From Candidatus Bathyarchaeota archaeon (GTDB lineage: Archaea > Thermoproteota > Bathyarchaeia > Bathyarchaeales > Bathycorpusculaceae): DNA of 64,000 nucleotides. Location: the NCBI GenBank assembly GCA_963827165.1, contig CAWGZR010000005.1, positions 160,001-224,000 of the forward strand, given 5' to 3'. Made by a program: the position numbers and the translations under genes. This document shows, one piece after another, positions 40,342-49,766 of the stretch; position 1 is the stretch's first letter, and each line of letters opens with the position of its first letter. The notes under the pieces were generated by a model. That model saw only the letters and a list, made by a program, of their open reading frames with translations, made no database searches and had not been told where the DNA came from.

Positions 40342-41597
40342 TTCAGCGTCGCCTGAACCGTGAAGAATCAAGTTTACCTGAACTCAAAAGATTGGCGGAA
40401 TCCGCAGGGTACTTCGTAGTTGCTGAAATGGAACAGACGCGATTGCCCGACTCGCGCTATCAGATAGGTGCTGGAAAGGTTGAAGAGCTTGCGCAGATGG
40501 TGCAGGAAACCGGCGCGGGCAAGGTTATTTTTGATAATCAACTGAAAACTCGTCAAACATACAATTTGGCAAAAGCCACTCATATAGAAGTCATTGACCG
40601 CTTTCAGCTAATTCTTGAAATCTTCACTAGAAGAGCAACAACAACGGAAGCCCAACTTCAGATTCAACTGGCAACCTTGCGAAATGAACTTAAACATTCG
40701 AAGGAAAAAGTTAGGTTAGCCAAAGGCAGCGAGCAACCGGGCTTTATGGGTCTTGGAGCCTATGAAGCAGACGTCTACAGCGACGCAATAAAACGGCAGG
40801 TTCAAACAATCAGCAAGAAACTGACTAGAATCAGGGAAAAAAGAGTCTTGCATCGAGAAAGGCGAACGGAGCTGGGCTTTTTGACTATTTCACTAGCAGG
40901 GTACACCAAATCTGGGAAAAGCTCTTTGTTCAATGCCTTAACGGAAGCAACCACCGTAGTCGACAAAGCGTTGTTCACTACCCTATCAACAACAACTAGG
41001 ATAATGGAGTTTTCTAATCGCAAGTTTCTCCTCACAGATACGGTTGGCTTCATTGACCGTTTACCCTTGTCTTTAATTGAAGCGTTCCACTCTACTTTGG
41101 AAGAAACAATCTTTTCAGACCTAATAATTCTGCTTCTGGACTTAAGCGAGCCAATGGACAAAATAGAGAAAAAATACAACGTGTGCCTAGAAACAATCGA
41201 CCGTTTGGGTGCATCGGGAATTCCAACCATAACCGCCTTGAACAAGATCGACTTGATCAGTGAGGAAGAAAGAACCCAAAAACTCGACGCCCTTAAAGAC
41301 AAAACCAGGAACCCAATTCTTCTCTCTGCAAAGTGCCAAACAAACCTTGATTTGTTGAGGGCGAGAATACTGAAAATGCTTGAAAACTACGTTCAAGCTC
41401 AGTTTTCTGTACCGTTAAGCGACAAGACAATGCCTTTTATATCGTGGGTTCACGGGAAAACAGACGTTAGAAATGAAAAGTTCACTAATGATTCAGTTGA
41501 AGTGGTCTTCGAGGCTACCCCTGAGATAGCGGATCATGTGAGAAGAAAAGTGGAAGAATTAAATGGCAGATTCGAAACCAACCCAAAACCCAAGTAG
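40326..41597 (+). CDS. hflX: ribosome-associated GTPase HflX; conserved N-terminus has no canonical start
   Basis: (T)KAVIVQRR...L.EL..LAESAGY, IG.GK, LAGYTKSGKS, DTVGFI, NKID; TAA at 40323 precedes ACG at 40326. Confidence 0.92.
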   Translation, partial: TKAVIVQRRLNREESSLPELKRLAESAGYFVVAEMEQTRLPDSRYQIGAGKVEELAQMVQETGAGKVIFDNQLKTRQTYNLAKATHIEVIDRFQLILEIFTRRATTTEAQLQIQLATLRNELKHSKEKVRLAKGSEQPGFMGLGAYEADVYSDAIKRQVQTISKKLTRIREKRVLHRERRTELGFLTISLAGYTKSGKSSLFNALTEATTVVDKALFTTLSTTTRIMEFSNRKFLLTDTVGFIDRLPLSLIEAFHSTLEETIFSDLIILLLDLSEPMDKIEKKYNVCLETIDRLGASGIPTITALNKIDLISEEERTQKLDALKDKTRNPILLSAKCQTNLDLLRARILKMLENYVQAQFSVPLSDKTMPFISWVHGKTDVRNEKFTNDSVEVVFEATPEIADHVRRKVEELNGRFETNPKPK

Positions 41598-42147
41598 CAC
41601 ACCTCAAGTTGTCGTGTTAAGGTGGGGTCATAGACCGCAACGAGATGTGCGATTAACCACTCATGTAGCCTTAACATCAAGAGCTCTGTGTGCTTCTGGC
41701 TTCATTCTTTCAGACGTGAGAGATCCAAATATAGAAGAAACAGTGCGAAAGATAACTGAACATTGGGGCGGAACGTTTCAGTTCGAAATGGGAACTCCTT
41801 GGAAAAAAGCTGTCCGCGACTGGAAAGCTAAAGGCGGCGCAATAGTTCACTTAACAGCTTATGGGGAAAACATTCAGGCAAGCGATGTGTTGAGCAGGAT
41901 TAAGAGCTTAGGCAGAGACATCTTGATTATTGTTGGTAGCCAGAAGGTTCCAGGCGACTTCTATTCAAGCGAAGTATCAGATTTCAATGTCTCGATTGGG
42001 AATCAGCCGCATTCTGAGTGCGCTGCTCTCGCTATCTTTCTCGATCGTTTCTTTTCAGGTGAAGAGTTAACTGTGGATTTTGAGAAAGCCAAAATGAGGA
42101 TTGTTCCAAAAGCGAGGGGAAAAGAGATCAAAAATGATGGTGAATAA
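41563..42147 (+). CDS. trm56: tRNA (cytidine(56)-2'-O)-methyltransferase
   Basis: GHRPQRD.RLTTHVALT.RA, NQPHSE. Confidence 0.93.
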   Translation: MADSKPTQNPSSTPQVVVLRWGHRPQRDVRLTTHVALTSRALCASGFILSDVRDPNIEETVRKITEHWGGTFQFEMGTPWKKAVRDWKAKGGAIVHLTAYGENIQASDVLSRIKSLGRDILIIVGSQKVPGDFYSSEVSDFNVSIGNQPHSECAALAIFLDRFFSGEELTVDFEKAKMRIVPKARGKEIKNDGE

Positions 42148-42214
42148 CTTTAAATGGGCAAGAACAGTTTTATTATAGAAAGTTTCATTATTGTGTGTAA
42201 GGGAACACTAGGCT

Positions 42215-42727
42215 ATGTTATCGACTATTGATGATGCAACCTTGATGAAAGTTGCGGTAGCATTGGGAGAGGAAGACGCTGTCAAACTTATTGAGTACCT
42301 CAAAGGCGTAGACGAGATAACTGATGATGAAATTGCCAACAAAATAGGCATCCGCCTCAACACAGTACGCAAAATCCTCTACAAACTCTACGATCATTCT
42401 CTTGTGAGCCTAAGAAGAACACGCGATCCCAAAACTGGCTGGTTCATTTTCCACTGGAAGCTACAACCCGACCAGCTTGAAGGTTTTATATTAAGCCAGA
42501 AAAGGCGCGTGCTTGAAAAACTCAGCGTAAGATTAGAATACGAAAAGAACCATGACTTCTATTACTGCGGCAGTCCCGAATGCAAACGGGTTCCTTTTGA
42601 AGAAGCTGTCGAAGTGGTTTTCCACTGCTCAGGCTGCGGCAAACCTCTTGTGCATTTTGCAAATGAACTAATGATAAATAAGCTTTCAGAGAAAGTTGAG
42701 ACGCTAAGGAAGGAACTCGGTGAGTGA
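42215..42727 (+). CDS. tfe: transcription factor E alpha
   Basis: TDDEIA, VRKILYKL, TGWFIF.W, Zn ribbon. Confidence 0.93.
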   Translation: MLSTIDDATLMKVAVALGEEDAVKLIEYLKGVDEITDDEIANKIGIRLNTVRKILYKLYDHSLVSLRRTRDPKTGWFIFHWKLQPDQLEGFILSQKRRVLEKLSVRLEYEKNHDFYYCGSPECKRVPFEEAVEVVFHCSGCGKPLVHFANELMINKLSEKVETLRKELGE

Positions 42728-43250
42728 GTCGCTTCCTACAAGGGAGCAAGCAATTGAACTTCTTCGAAAAAACAACTGTTCACCCCAAGTCATCAGCCAC
42801 TGCAAAGCAGTTGCAGACTTATCTTTAGAGATAGCAAACCAACTCAAAAATAAAGGCTTAAAGTTGGATCTGCAAGTAGTTGAGACAGGAGCTCTTTTGC
42901 ATGATATCGGACGTTCAAAAACAAACGCAGTTGACCACGGAATGATCGGCGCCCAAATAGCTCAAGCAGAGGGTCTTCCAGCGGCTGTTATTGGGATAAT
43001 TAGGACCCACGTTGGCGGGGGATTCACAATAGAAGAAGCAGTCGAATTCGGATGGGAAAAAGACGTTTATGCACCCGTGAGTTTGGAGGAGAAAATCGTT
43101 TCATATGCTGACAAACTGATTGACAACTCAAAAGGCAAACGCGTTCCCATAAACGTGGAAATTAAACGTCTTCGAGCAGCAGGGCACAAAGAAGCCGCAG
43201 AAAGAGTTAGAAGGCTTCATGAGGAAATAACAGCGTCCTTGGAGAATTAA
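42720..43250 (+). CDS. HD (HDIG) domain hydrolase
   Basis: LLHDIGR, HVGGG, EEKIVSYADK. Confidence 0.88.
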   Translation: MSESLPTREQAIELLRKNNCSPQVISHCKAVADLSLEIANQLKNKGLKLDLQVVETGALLHDIGRSKTNAVDHGMIGAQIAQAEGLPAAVIGIIRTHVGGGFTIEEAVEFGWEKDVYAPVSLEEKIVSYADKLIDNSKGKRVPINVEIKRLRAAGHKEAAERVRRLHEEITASLEN

Positions 43251-43252
43251 CG

Positions 43253-44038
43253 ATGACCGACTTAACTTTGCTCGCGAAAGCACGTAATCCAAAACAACTG
43301 AAACAGGTAGAAGACCTGCTAAAAGCCGAGTTCGAAAACTTGGAGTTAGACTTTAAAGTTTTAGGCGCTCCCGTTAACAAGTGGATCAAAGTTTCTCTTT
43401 CAGGGGAAGACGAAGTCATCGCAACAAACTACATCAACAAGGAAATAGGCACCTGCCCCATAAGCATAAAAAAAGCCGAAAAATCCTCCATCTTCAAGGG
43501 ATTCATCACAAAATTTGATGCGGCCAAAAACGAGCTTGCTGTCGACGTCGGAATTTTTGAACCAAAAATAACCCTCGCAACTATCGCACTACCCTACTTG
43601 CAGGCTCAACTTGCAGATGGGAAGAAACTGGATTTGAAAAAAATTGAGGAAGCATACGGATTGCATGAGAATTCGCCAATATCAGTCAAGGTAATTGACT
43701 TAACAAGCGCAGATGGAGATGAGCGACTACAAGCAGAATTATCGACAGCTCAAATAGAAAAAATGCGTCTGTGGCAAGATTCTTTTTTGGATAGGCTAAT
43801 TATTTTGGGGGCGACGGCTGGTGAAGTCGAGGAAGTGCTTGAACGAACTCGGCTTACCCGAGATGTGATTGACGTTGAGCGGCTGGGTTTGTTTGAGTAC
43901 GCTTTGACGTGTAAGCTTGGAACTGACGCGGCAGGATTGATTCCGAAGATGGGACGATATATGCGAAACACGGTTTTTGTCGTTTTTAGCCCCAAAGAGG
44001 TTTTCCGCCTTAACGGTAAAATACCATTAATCGTATAA
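43253..44038 (+). CDS. conserved archaeal protein (DUF2110-like)
   Basis: GEDE..A.N, ERLGL.E...CK.GTDA.G; context downstream of tfe/HD. Confidence 0.7.
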   Translation: MTDLTLLAKARNPKQLKQVEDLLKAEFENLELDFKVLGAPVNKWIKVSLSGEDEVIATNYINKEIGTCPISIKKAEKSSIFKGFITKFDAAKNELAVDVGIFEPKITLATIALPYLQAQLADGKKLDLKKIEEAYGLHENSPISVKVIDLTSADGDERLQAELSTAQIEKMRLWQDSFLDRLIILGATAGEVEEVLERTRLTRDVIDVERLGLFEYALTCKLGTDAAGLIPKMGRYMRNTVFVVFSPKEVFRLNGKIPLIV

Positions 44039-44109
44039 GTCGTTTACATTATTACGTAAATAATCTGTTATCCGAATAGAGTTAATAGAAGAAGGGAGAG
44101 AAGATAATT

Positions 44110-44241
44110 ATGAGTCAAGGGGAAGATATTGGAGACAGAAGAAAGTACAGAATCGACATAGGAGCTTATGGCAGCATAGGCATTGAATCGCCTACTAAAA
44201 AAGAATGCCTGGAGTTTTTCATGGAAGTCACGAAAACATGA
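44110..44241 (+). CDS. small hypothetical protein (43 aa; frame stays open 10 codons past the TGA)
   Basis: Manual translation MSQGEDIGDRRKYRIDIGAYGSIGIESPTKKECLEFFMEVTKT; purine-rich leader. Confidence 0.4.
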   Translation: MSQGEDIGDRRKYRIDIGAYGSIGIESPTKKECLEFFMEVTKT

Positions 44242-44350
44242 CGTGACTCAAAAATTGATGAAGCCGTAAGATAAGCACCCAATCAACGGATAAAACACCA
44301 GTTCTCTTAAACCTAAAGTAGAGGGAAATTAAGCTGGCATTTTTATTTTT

Positions 44351-44506
44351 TTAAAGAACATCGTGCTCCTCTTTGCAATGGGTTTCATAGTCTTCTCGGT
44401 TATCGTAGATCATCTGGTCTAAAGGACATTTGAATTTCTTATGCTCTGTCATTTCAGGCTCCGGAATGGTTATGTTAGATTCTTTCCTTGAACGGTTTTT
44501 CGACAC
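44351..44506 (-). CDS. 51-aa C2H2-like zinc-finger microprotein (CxxD variant)
   Basis: SD GAGGTGA, GTG start; FKCPLDQMIYDNREDYETHCKEEH. Confidence 0.7.
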   Translation of the reverse strand: MSKNRSRKESNITIPEPEMTEHKKFKCPLDQMIYDNREDYETHCKEEHDVL

Positions 44507-44618
44507 AAAATCACCTCGCCGCGAGCTTTACATGAAAATCACGCTGGAAAACTAATAACGTTATGTTGTTGCAAAGGAGCTACAACAATGAGTTCTAGGA
44601 ACCCAAAGGTGGCGAATG

Positions 44619-45026
44619 CTATGGAGTCTTTTTGAGGGCTTCTTCCAATTGCTCAAAACTCTTGACCACTTTGTCAGAGTGCGCTATTATCCATGGGCTT
44701 AGGCAGCCGATTTCGGAAACCACGATGATTCTTTTGCCTTTGCGTTTCGCGTAGAACATTTCCATGCAGGCTCCGGCGGAAAGAATCGGCAGGTAAACGA
44801 CCATTATGTCGCATCGATCCGCGTCGTCCAGATCCCGCTGGATAAAATCAAACGTGGGAACCTTGTCCCACCAGCACCTCTCATCTCCCTGATAGAGAAT
44901 TTTCTCTCTTTTCCACGGATCAATAACTTCAAACCCTGCTTTTGTCAAGATTTCGGTGATTTTCGGCCTGTACTCCTGATGGTTTTCCATGCCCAGAATA
45001 GGCCCTGCAATAAACACTTTCTTCAT
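44619..45026 (-). CDS. nucleoside 2-deoxyribosyltransferase family protein
   Basis: VFIAGP, DL..ADRCD, SAGACME..YA. Confidence 0.85.
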   Translation of the reverse strand: MKKVFIAGPILGMENHQEYRPKITEILTKAGFEVIDPWKREKILYQGDERCWWDKVPTFDFIQRDLDDADRCDIMVVYLPILSAGACMEMFYAKRKGKRIIVVSEIGCLSPWIIAHSDKVVKSFEQLEEALKKTP

Positions 45027-45421
45027 GTAACGTCACCGAATGTTGTAATGATATTCAAGTTGCGTTTTTCATAAACTTTCTCCTTCACAGATAGTTGGTT
45101 TTTTAAGCTTTGACCGCAATGAGCGTAAAAACTCTAAGATTTTAGGGGCAATAAATAAGTACAAAACTGCCTATTGGTATAATCAAAGTATTTTGCAATG
45201 AGGAAATTTTGTGGGTTAGTAACAGTTTTGATTTTGTGTTCGGTCGAGCGGATTTGTAATTTTTCTTTTTTTGTTGTGGAGCCTAAATCAAGCTCAACCT
45301 AAATTGTTTCCCAAGTCAGATGACTGGGGCAGGCGTAAGAAAATGGTGTAAACCGATTCATTCCTAATTCGTCTGCTTTCATGCTATTGAAAATCGGGCA
45401 AAACTACACGGCATTGTTTGC

Positions 45422-46636
45422 CTAGGGTTTCTTATTTTTGCTTTTCTTCATGAACGCTTCGAGCGCGTTGAATGCTTCTTCTAGTTCCGCTATTGGCGGA
45501 AGGAAAACTATTCTCGCGTGGCCTTTGCCGTAGACTGGGTCGAAGCCGGAGCCGTTTACGATGAGCACGCCGGTTTCTTTTAGGAGGCTGACGACGAAGT
45601 CCATGTCGGTTTTCCACGTTGTACCTATATCGTGGATCTTCGGGAAGATGTAAAAGGCGCCTTCGGGTTTGGTTGTGCTTATGCCTTCGATTTCGTTTAG
45701 GCGTTTCCACGAGTAGTCCCGTCGCTGCCTAAGGCGGTCAACGATATCCTTAACCATTTCCTGCGGCCCGTTAAGTGCTGCGTTTGCGGCTATCTGCACC
45801 GGTGTGTTGGCGCAAATGCGGATTCGGCATTCCTTCTCGACGCCTTCCTTGAGTGTCTGAAGTTTTTCGCCTTCCCCTTTAAAGTACATGTAGCCAAGTC
45901 GCAGCCCAGTCATCTGGTAAACTTTGGAGAACCCGTTTAATCCGATTACTGGCACGTCCTTAGAAAGGTAAGCTGCACTGTAGAATTTTTTCTCGTATGT
46001 CAACTGATCATAGATTTCGTCGCAGACTACGGGTAAGTCATGTTCGCCCGCGATGTCCAGGATTTCCTTTATCGTTTTCCTGTCGTAAACTGAACCCGTC
46101 GGGTTGTTGGGGTTAATCATTACTATGGCGCGAGTTTTCTTGTTGATTTTGCTTCTTAAATCATCGATGTTTGGATGCCAACCTGTCTCCTCGGTAGTTT
46201 CATATGAGACAGGTGTCCCGTCGAAGAATCTTGTATAGGAGATGTAAGGCGGGTAGGTTGGACCTGGGAAAAGGATTTCGTCGCCTTTTTCAACTAAGGC
46301 GCCTAGAATCATCTGAATTCCTTCCGAAATCCCTTCTGTAATGAGCACTTTATCCGCCGTTATGTGTACGTTGTTGACTTTTTTCTCTTTTCGAACTATG
46401 GCTTCTCTAAGGTCTAGTCTTCCTTCTGAAGGGGAATAATAATTATCGTCTTTCTGGACAGCAGCGCAAAGGGCGTCCTTAACGTTTTGCGGCGTTTTGA
46501 AATCGAATGCTGCGGGGTCGCCGATGTTCAAGTAATAAATTTTTCTGCCGTCTTTTACGAGCTGTGTAGTGTGCTCTATGACGTCACGAATGGCGTATTC
46601 AATGTTTGAGGCTCTGCTCGTTACTTTGACACCCAA
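45422..46636 (-). CDS. class I/II aminotransferase (alanine aminotransferase-like)
   Basis: YAIRD, LNIGDP, INPNNPTG, DEIYD, GFSK...TGLRLG. Confidence 0.92.
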   Translation of the reverse strand: MGVKVTSRASNIEYAIRDVIEHTTQLVKDGRKIYYLNIGDPAAFDFKTPQNVKDALCAAVQKDDNYYSPSEGRLDLREAIVRKEKKVNNVHITADKVLITEGISEGIQMILGALVEKGDEILFPGPTYPPYISYTRFFDGTPVSYETTEETGWHPNIDDLRSKINKKTRAIVMINPNNPTGSVYDRKTIKEILDIAGEHDLPVVCDEIYDQLTYEKKFYSAAYLSKDVPVIGLNGFSKVYQMTGLRLGYMYFKGEGEKLQTLKEGVEKECRIRICANTPVQIAANAALNGPQEMVKDIVDRLRQRRDYSWKRLNEIEGISTTKPEGAFYIFPKIHDIGTTWKTDMDFVVSLLKETGVLIVNGSGFDPVYGKGHARIVFLPPIAELEEAFNALEAFMKKSKNKKP

Positions 46637-46862
46637 TTTTCGTTACCTGTACCCCAGACACTTACAAGATGGAAAAAATAAATCTTCCCTACCGACAATG
46701 CGGAGTCATGAGGAGCCACACCCATTTAGAAGCAAGAGGCAACAATTTTCAACAGATTGTCTCAAGATTGGTCCTCGCAATGTCGTTGTTTGCATAACAC
46801 TAATATTGACACAAAAAAACAAGATAGGTTGAGGTATGCGCACCTGATCAGAGGAGTCCGGG

Positions 46863-48305
46863 TCAATATGACCGTGCAAAGTACACAGTATCCTTAGCTT
46901 TTTGCCCGCAGTATATGCAATTGTCTTTCGGTTCTTCTTTCTCGAAGGGTAAAACCCTGATCGTTGCACCCGTCTCATCTTTGATTTTGGTTTCACATTC
47001 GGCGCTGCCGCACCAAGCTGCTTTCAAGAAGCCTCCTTTGTCACAGAGCACCTTCTTGAACTCGTCGTAGCTATGTACTGTGCTGGTTTGTTGCTCCATT
47101 TGGGCTTTGGCTTTCGCATATAGGTTTTCTTGTATTTCCTGCAGAAGTTTCTCTGTGGCTGATGGAATGTCAGCTTCTTTAACCGGAGTTTTTTGTCCGT
47201 TGTCTCGTCTTACCATTACGACTTGTCCTTGTTTTAGGTCTCGGGGACCAATCTCGATTCTGACAGGGACTCCTTTGAGTTCCCACTGGTTGAATTTCCA
47301 GCCGGGCGTGTACTCTTGACGGTCGTCCAAGATGACGCTAAAGCCCTTGGCTCGAAGAGTCTCAGCAATTTCTTTTGCTTTGGCAACGATTGTGGCTGCT
47401 TCAGCGATTTTGAATAAAATGGGCACTATGACGACATGGGTTGGTGCCACTTTAGGGGGGATGACTAAGCCTTTGTCGTCGCCGTGAACCATAACCATCG
47501 CGCCGATGAGCCGTGTGCTTATGCCCCAGCTGGTTTGCCAAACTTGATGATCCATTTTGTCCTCGCCGATGTATTTGACGTCGAAGACTTTGGCAAAGTT
47601 CTGTCCAAGGTTGTGGCTGGTTCCCATCTGCAAGGCTTTGCCGTCAGGCATCATCGCTTCTAGCGATGTTGTGTAAACTGCACCTGCAAATTTTTCGCTT
47701 TCGCTTTTGACACCGGTGATGACTGGGATGGCGAGGTAGTTCTCAATGATGTTCTTGTATTCGTCTAATGCGTACCTGACTTCTGATTCGGCTTCCTCTT
47801 TGGTGGCGTGGGCGGTGTGGCCTTCCTGCCAAAGGAACTCTCTTGTGCGCAGAAAAAGCCGCGTGGATTTTGTTTCCCACCGAACGATGTTGCACCACTG
47901 GTTGATCTTTATGGGTAAGTCTCGCCAACTCCTGATCCATTTGGAAAATGTGGCGTACATTATTGTCTCGCTTGTGGGTCTGATAGCTACTTTCTCTTCA
48001 AGCTCGCTTTCTCCACCCTGGCTTATCCAAGCTACCTCAGGGGTAAAACCTTCAAAGTGCTCAGCCTCTTTCTTTAGCAAGCTTTCAGGGATAAAGAGTG
48101 GAAAGTACACGTTACGGTGACCCGTGGCTTTGATTCTTTGGTTGAATGTTTCCTGGATTTTCTCCCAAACTGCATATGCATCCTCGCGGATTATCATGCA
48201 TCCTTTGACAGGCGCATAATCTGCAAATCCAGCTTTCAAGATGACTTCCACATACCATTCAGAGAAATCCTGACTTTTCTTAACGGTAACTCCAGTATCA
48301 GACAT
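46863..48305 (-). CDS. proS: proline--tRNA ligase (archaeal/eukaryal type)
   Basis: RPTSET, EFLWQEGHT, GTSHNLGQNF, C-terminal ARSY. Confidence 0.97.
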   Translation of the reverse strand: MSDTGVTVKKSQDFSEWYVEVILKAGFADYAPVKGCMIIREDAYAVWEKIQETFNQRIKATGHRNVYFPLFIPESLLKKEAEHFEGFTPEVAWISQGGESELEEKVAIRPTSETIMYATFSKWIRSWRDLPIKINQWCNIVRWETKSTRLFLRTREFLWQEGHTAHATKEEAESEVRYALDEYKNIIENYLAIPVITGVKSESEKFAGAVYTTSLEAMMPDGKALQMGTSHNLGQNFAKVFDVKYIGEDKMDHQVWQTSWGISTRLIGAMVMVHGDDKGLVIPPKVAPTHVVIVPILFKIAEAATIVAKAKEIAETLRAKGFSVILDDRQEYTPGWKFNQWELKGVPVRIEIGPRDLKQGQVVMVRRDNGQKTPVKEADIPSATEKLLQEIQENLYAKAKAQMEQQTSTVHSYDEFKKVLCDKGGFLKAAWCGSAECETKIKDETGATIRVLPFEKEEPKDNCIYCGQKAKDTVYFARSY

Positions 48306-48406
48306 GACTCAATCTCTTCTTCGCTGTCTTTACAGCTACAGAATATAAAACCGTAACGGCGACAACACAAAAAAGCCTTAAAAAATTCCGGAGAAAAGCC
48401 GCGTTT

Positions 48407-48556
48407 TTAGCGGCGTAGCTCCCGTTTTGGGTAGTCTTTGCACTCGTAGATTCGCAGCTGCCTTTGAGGTTCGATGCGGCATCTTTTGCGCGCATTCTTA
48501 CGTCTTATGAGGGGGGCAAACCCGAAAAATGGGCATTTGTTGCATAGTGTACTCGT
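48407..48556 (-). CDS. 49-aa basic 4-Cys microprotein with ACG start
   Basis: GGAGG-N7-ACG AGT ACA CTA TGC AAC AAA TGC...; (M)STLCNKCPFFGFAPLIRRKNARKRCRIEPQRQLRIYECKDYPKRELRR. Confidence 0.5.
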   Translation of the reverse strand, partial: TSTLCNKCPFFGFAPLIRRKNARKRCRIEPQRQLRIYECKDYPKRELRR

Positions 48557-48570
48557 GTATGTTCCTCCAC

Positions 48571-49766
48571 TTACCGTGTCATCATGCGTCTGAACAGCGG
48601 AACCGCGATTGCAATCATGACCGCACCGAACGCTATTAAGATTATCAAGTCAGTTGAGATTGCTGGTACTCCTGCGCCTAGCACCATCACTTTTCGCATG
48701 GCATCAGCAGCGTACGTTAACGGTAGGAATTTCGCTATGTCTTGCATGTACCAGGGCATCTGCTGTAGTGGGAACATCACTCCGCTCAGAAACATCATTG
48801 GAAACATCAGCGTCATCATCATCATCTGCGCGGTCTCTTGGTCCTTAGCCAGCGACGTCAAAACGATGCCTAAACCCACGAACGAGAATACCCTAGCAGC
48901 AGCAAAGCAACCACCAGAAGCATGCTTCCATGGATCACAACGCCAAATATTCCCAGAGCCAAAGCCATTACAATGACCCCTTGAATTAACCCACGACCAG
49001 TCTGTCCTAAAGCTTTTCCCAAGATGATAGATAACCGGTTGATTGGAGCAACCATCATGCCATCCATAGTACCGACCTCTCTCTCTTGCGATATCGCGAC
49101 TGGCAACCCTGTCATGACGCTCATCATTACCGTCAACATAACCATGCCTGGTGCGATGAAACTAAAGTAGCTAAAGTTTGCAGGGGCCGGAACAGTGTAA
49201 GGCTGAACGATGGCAAGAGAATTATTCGCTGTAAGGTTTGAAGAGAGGCTTTGAACTCTTAACTGTGCGAGTTGTGTGCCTAAATTGCTGATTTCATCTG
49301 AAACGGCTGCCCGCAGTTCTGATGATACGGTGGGATTAGACTGGTCGGTTATCACAATCAGCGTTCCCTGTTCTCCATTCATGACGCTTGCCGAGAAATT
49401 ACTTGGTATAACTACGGCGCCATCTATTGTCCCCTTTTGAATCTCGCTGTTTATATCCGCTATACTTGAGCTACTGGACAGCGTAAGGAAGTGAGTCTCA
49501 TTGTTCATGATATTAAAGCCGTTTATGAAAGCTTGGCTTGGAACAGTGCTATTGTTAAAACCTGAATCTTGATTCACCACTGCAAAAGGCATGCTGTTTG
49601 GCGCGCTGCTGCTGGAAGGATAAATAAAGCCAACCATAACCATCATGAACAGCGGCATCACTATAAGTAGAACTAAGCCGAGTCTGTTCCTGAAAAGTTC
49701 AGTTAAATCTTTCCAAGCAATTCGGCAAGAATGTGAAAGAATATTTTTTGCACCCATGTCTATCAC
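48571..49766 (-). pseudogene. ABC-2 permease, split by a 1-nt deletion near 48892
   Basis: ERE.GT.D...AP in the 5' part, PMMFLSG.MFP and LPLTYA in the 3' part; one more G in GGG (48891-93) restores LLGVFSFVGLG. Confidence 0.8.
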
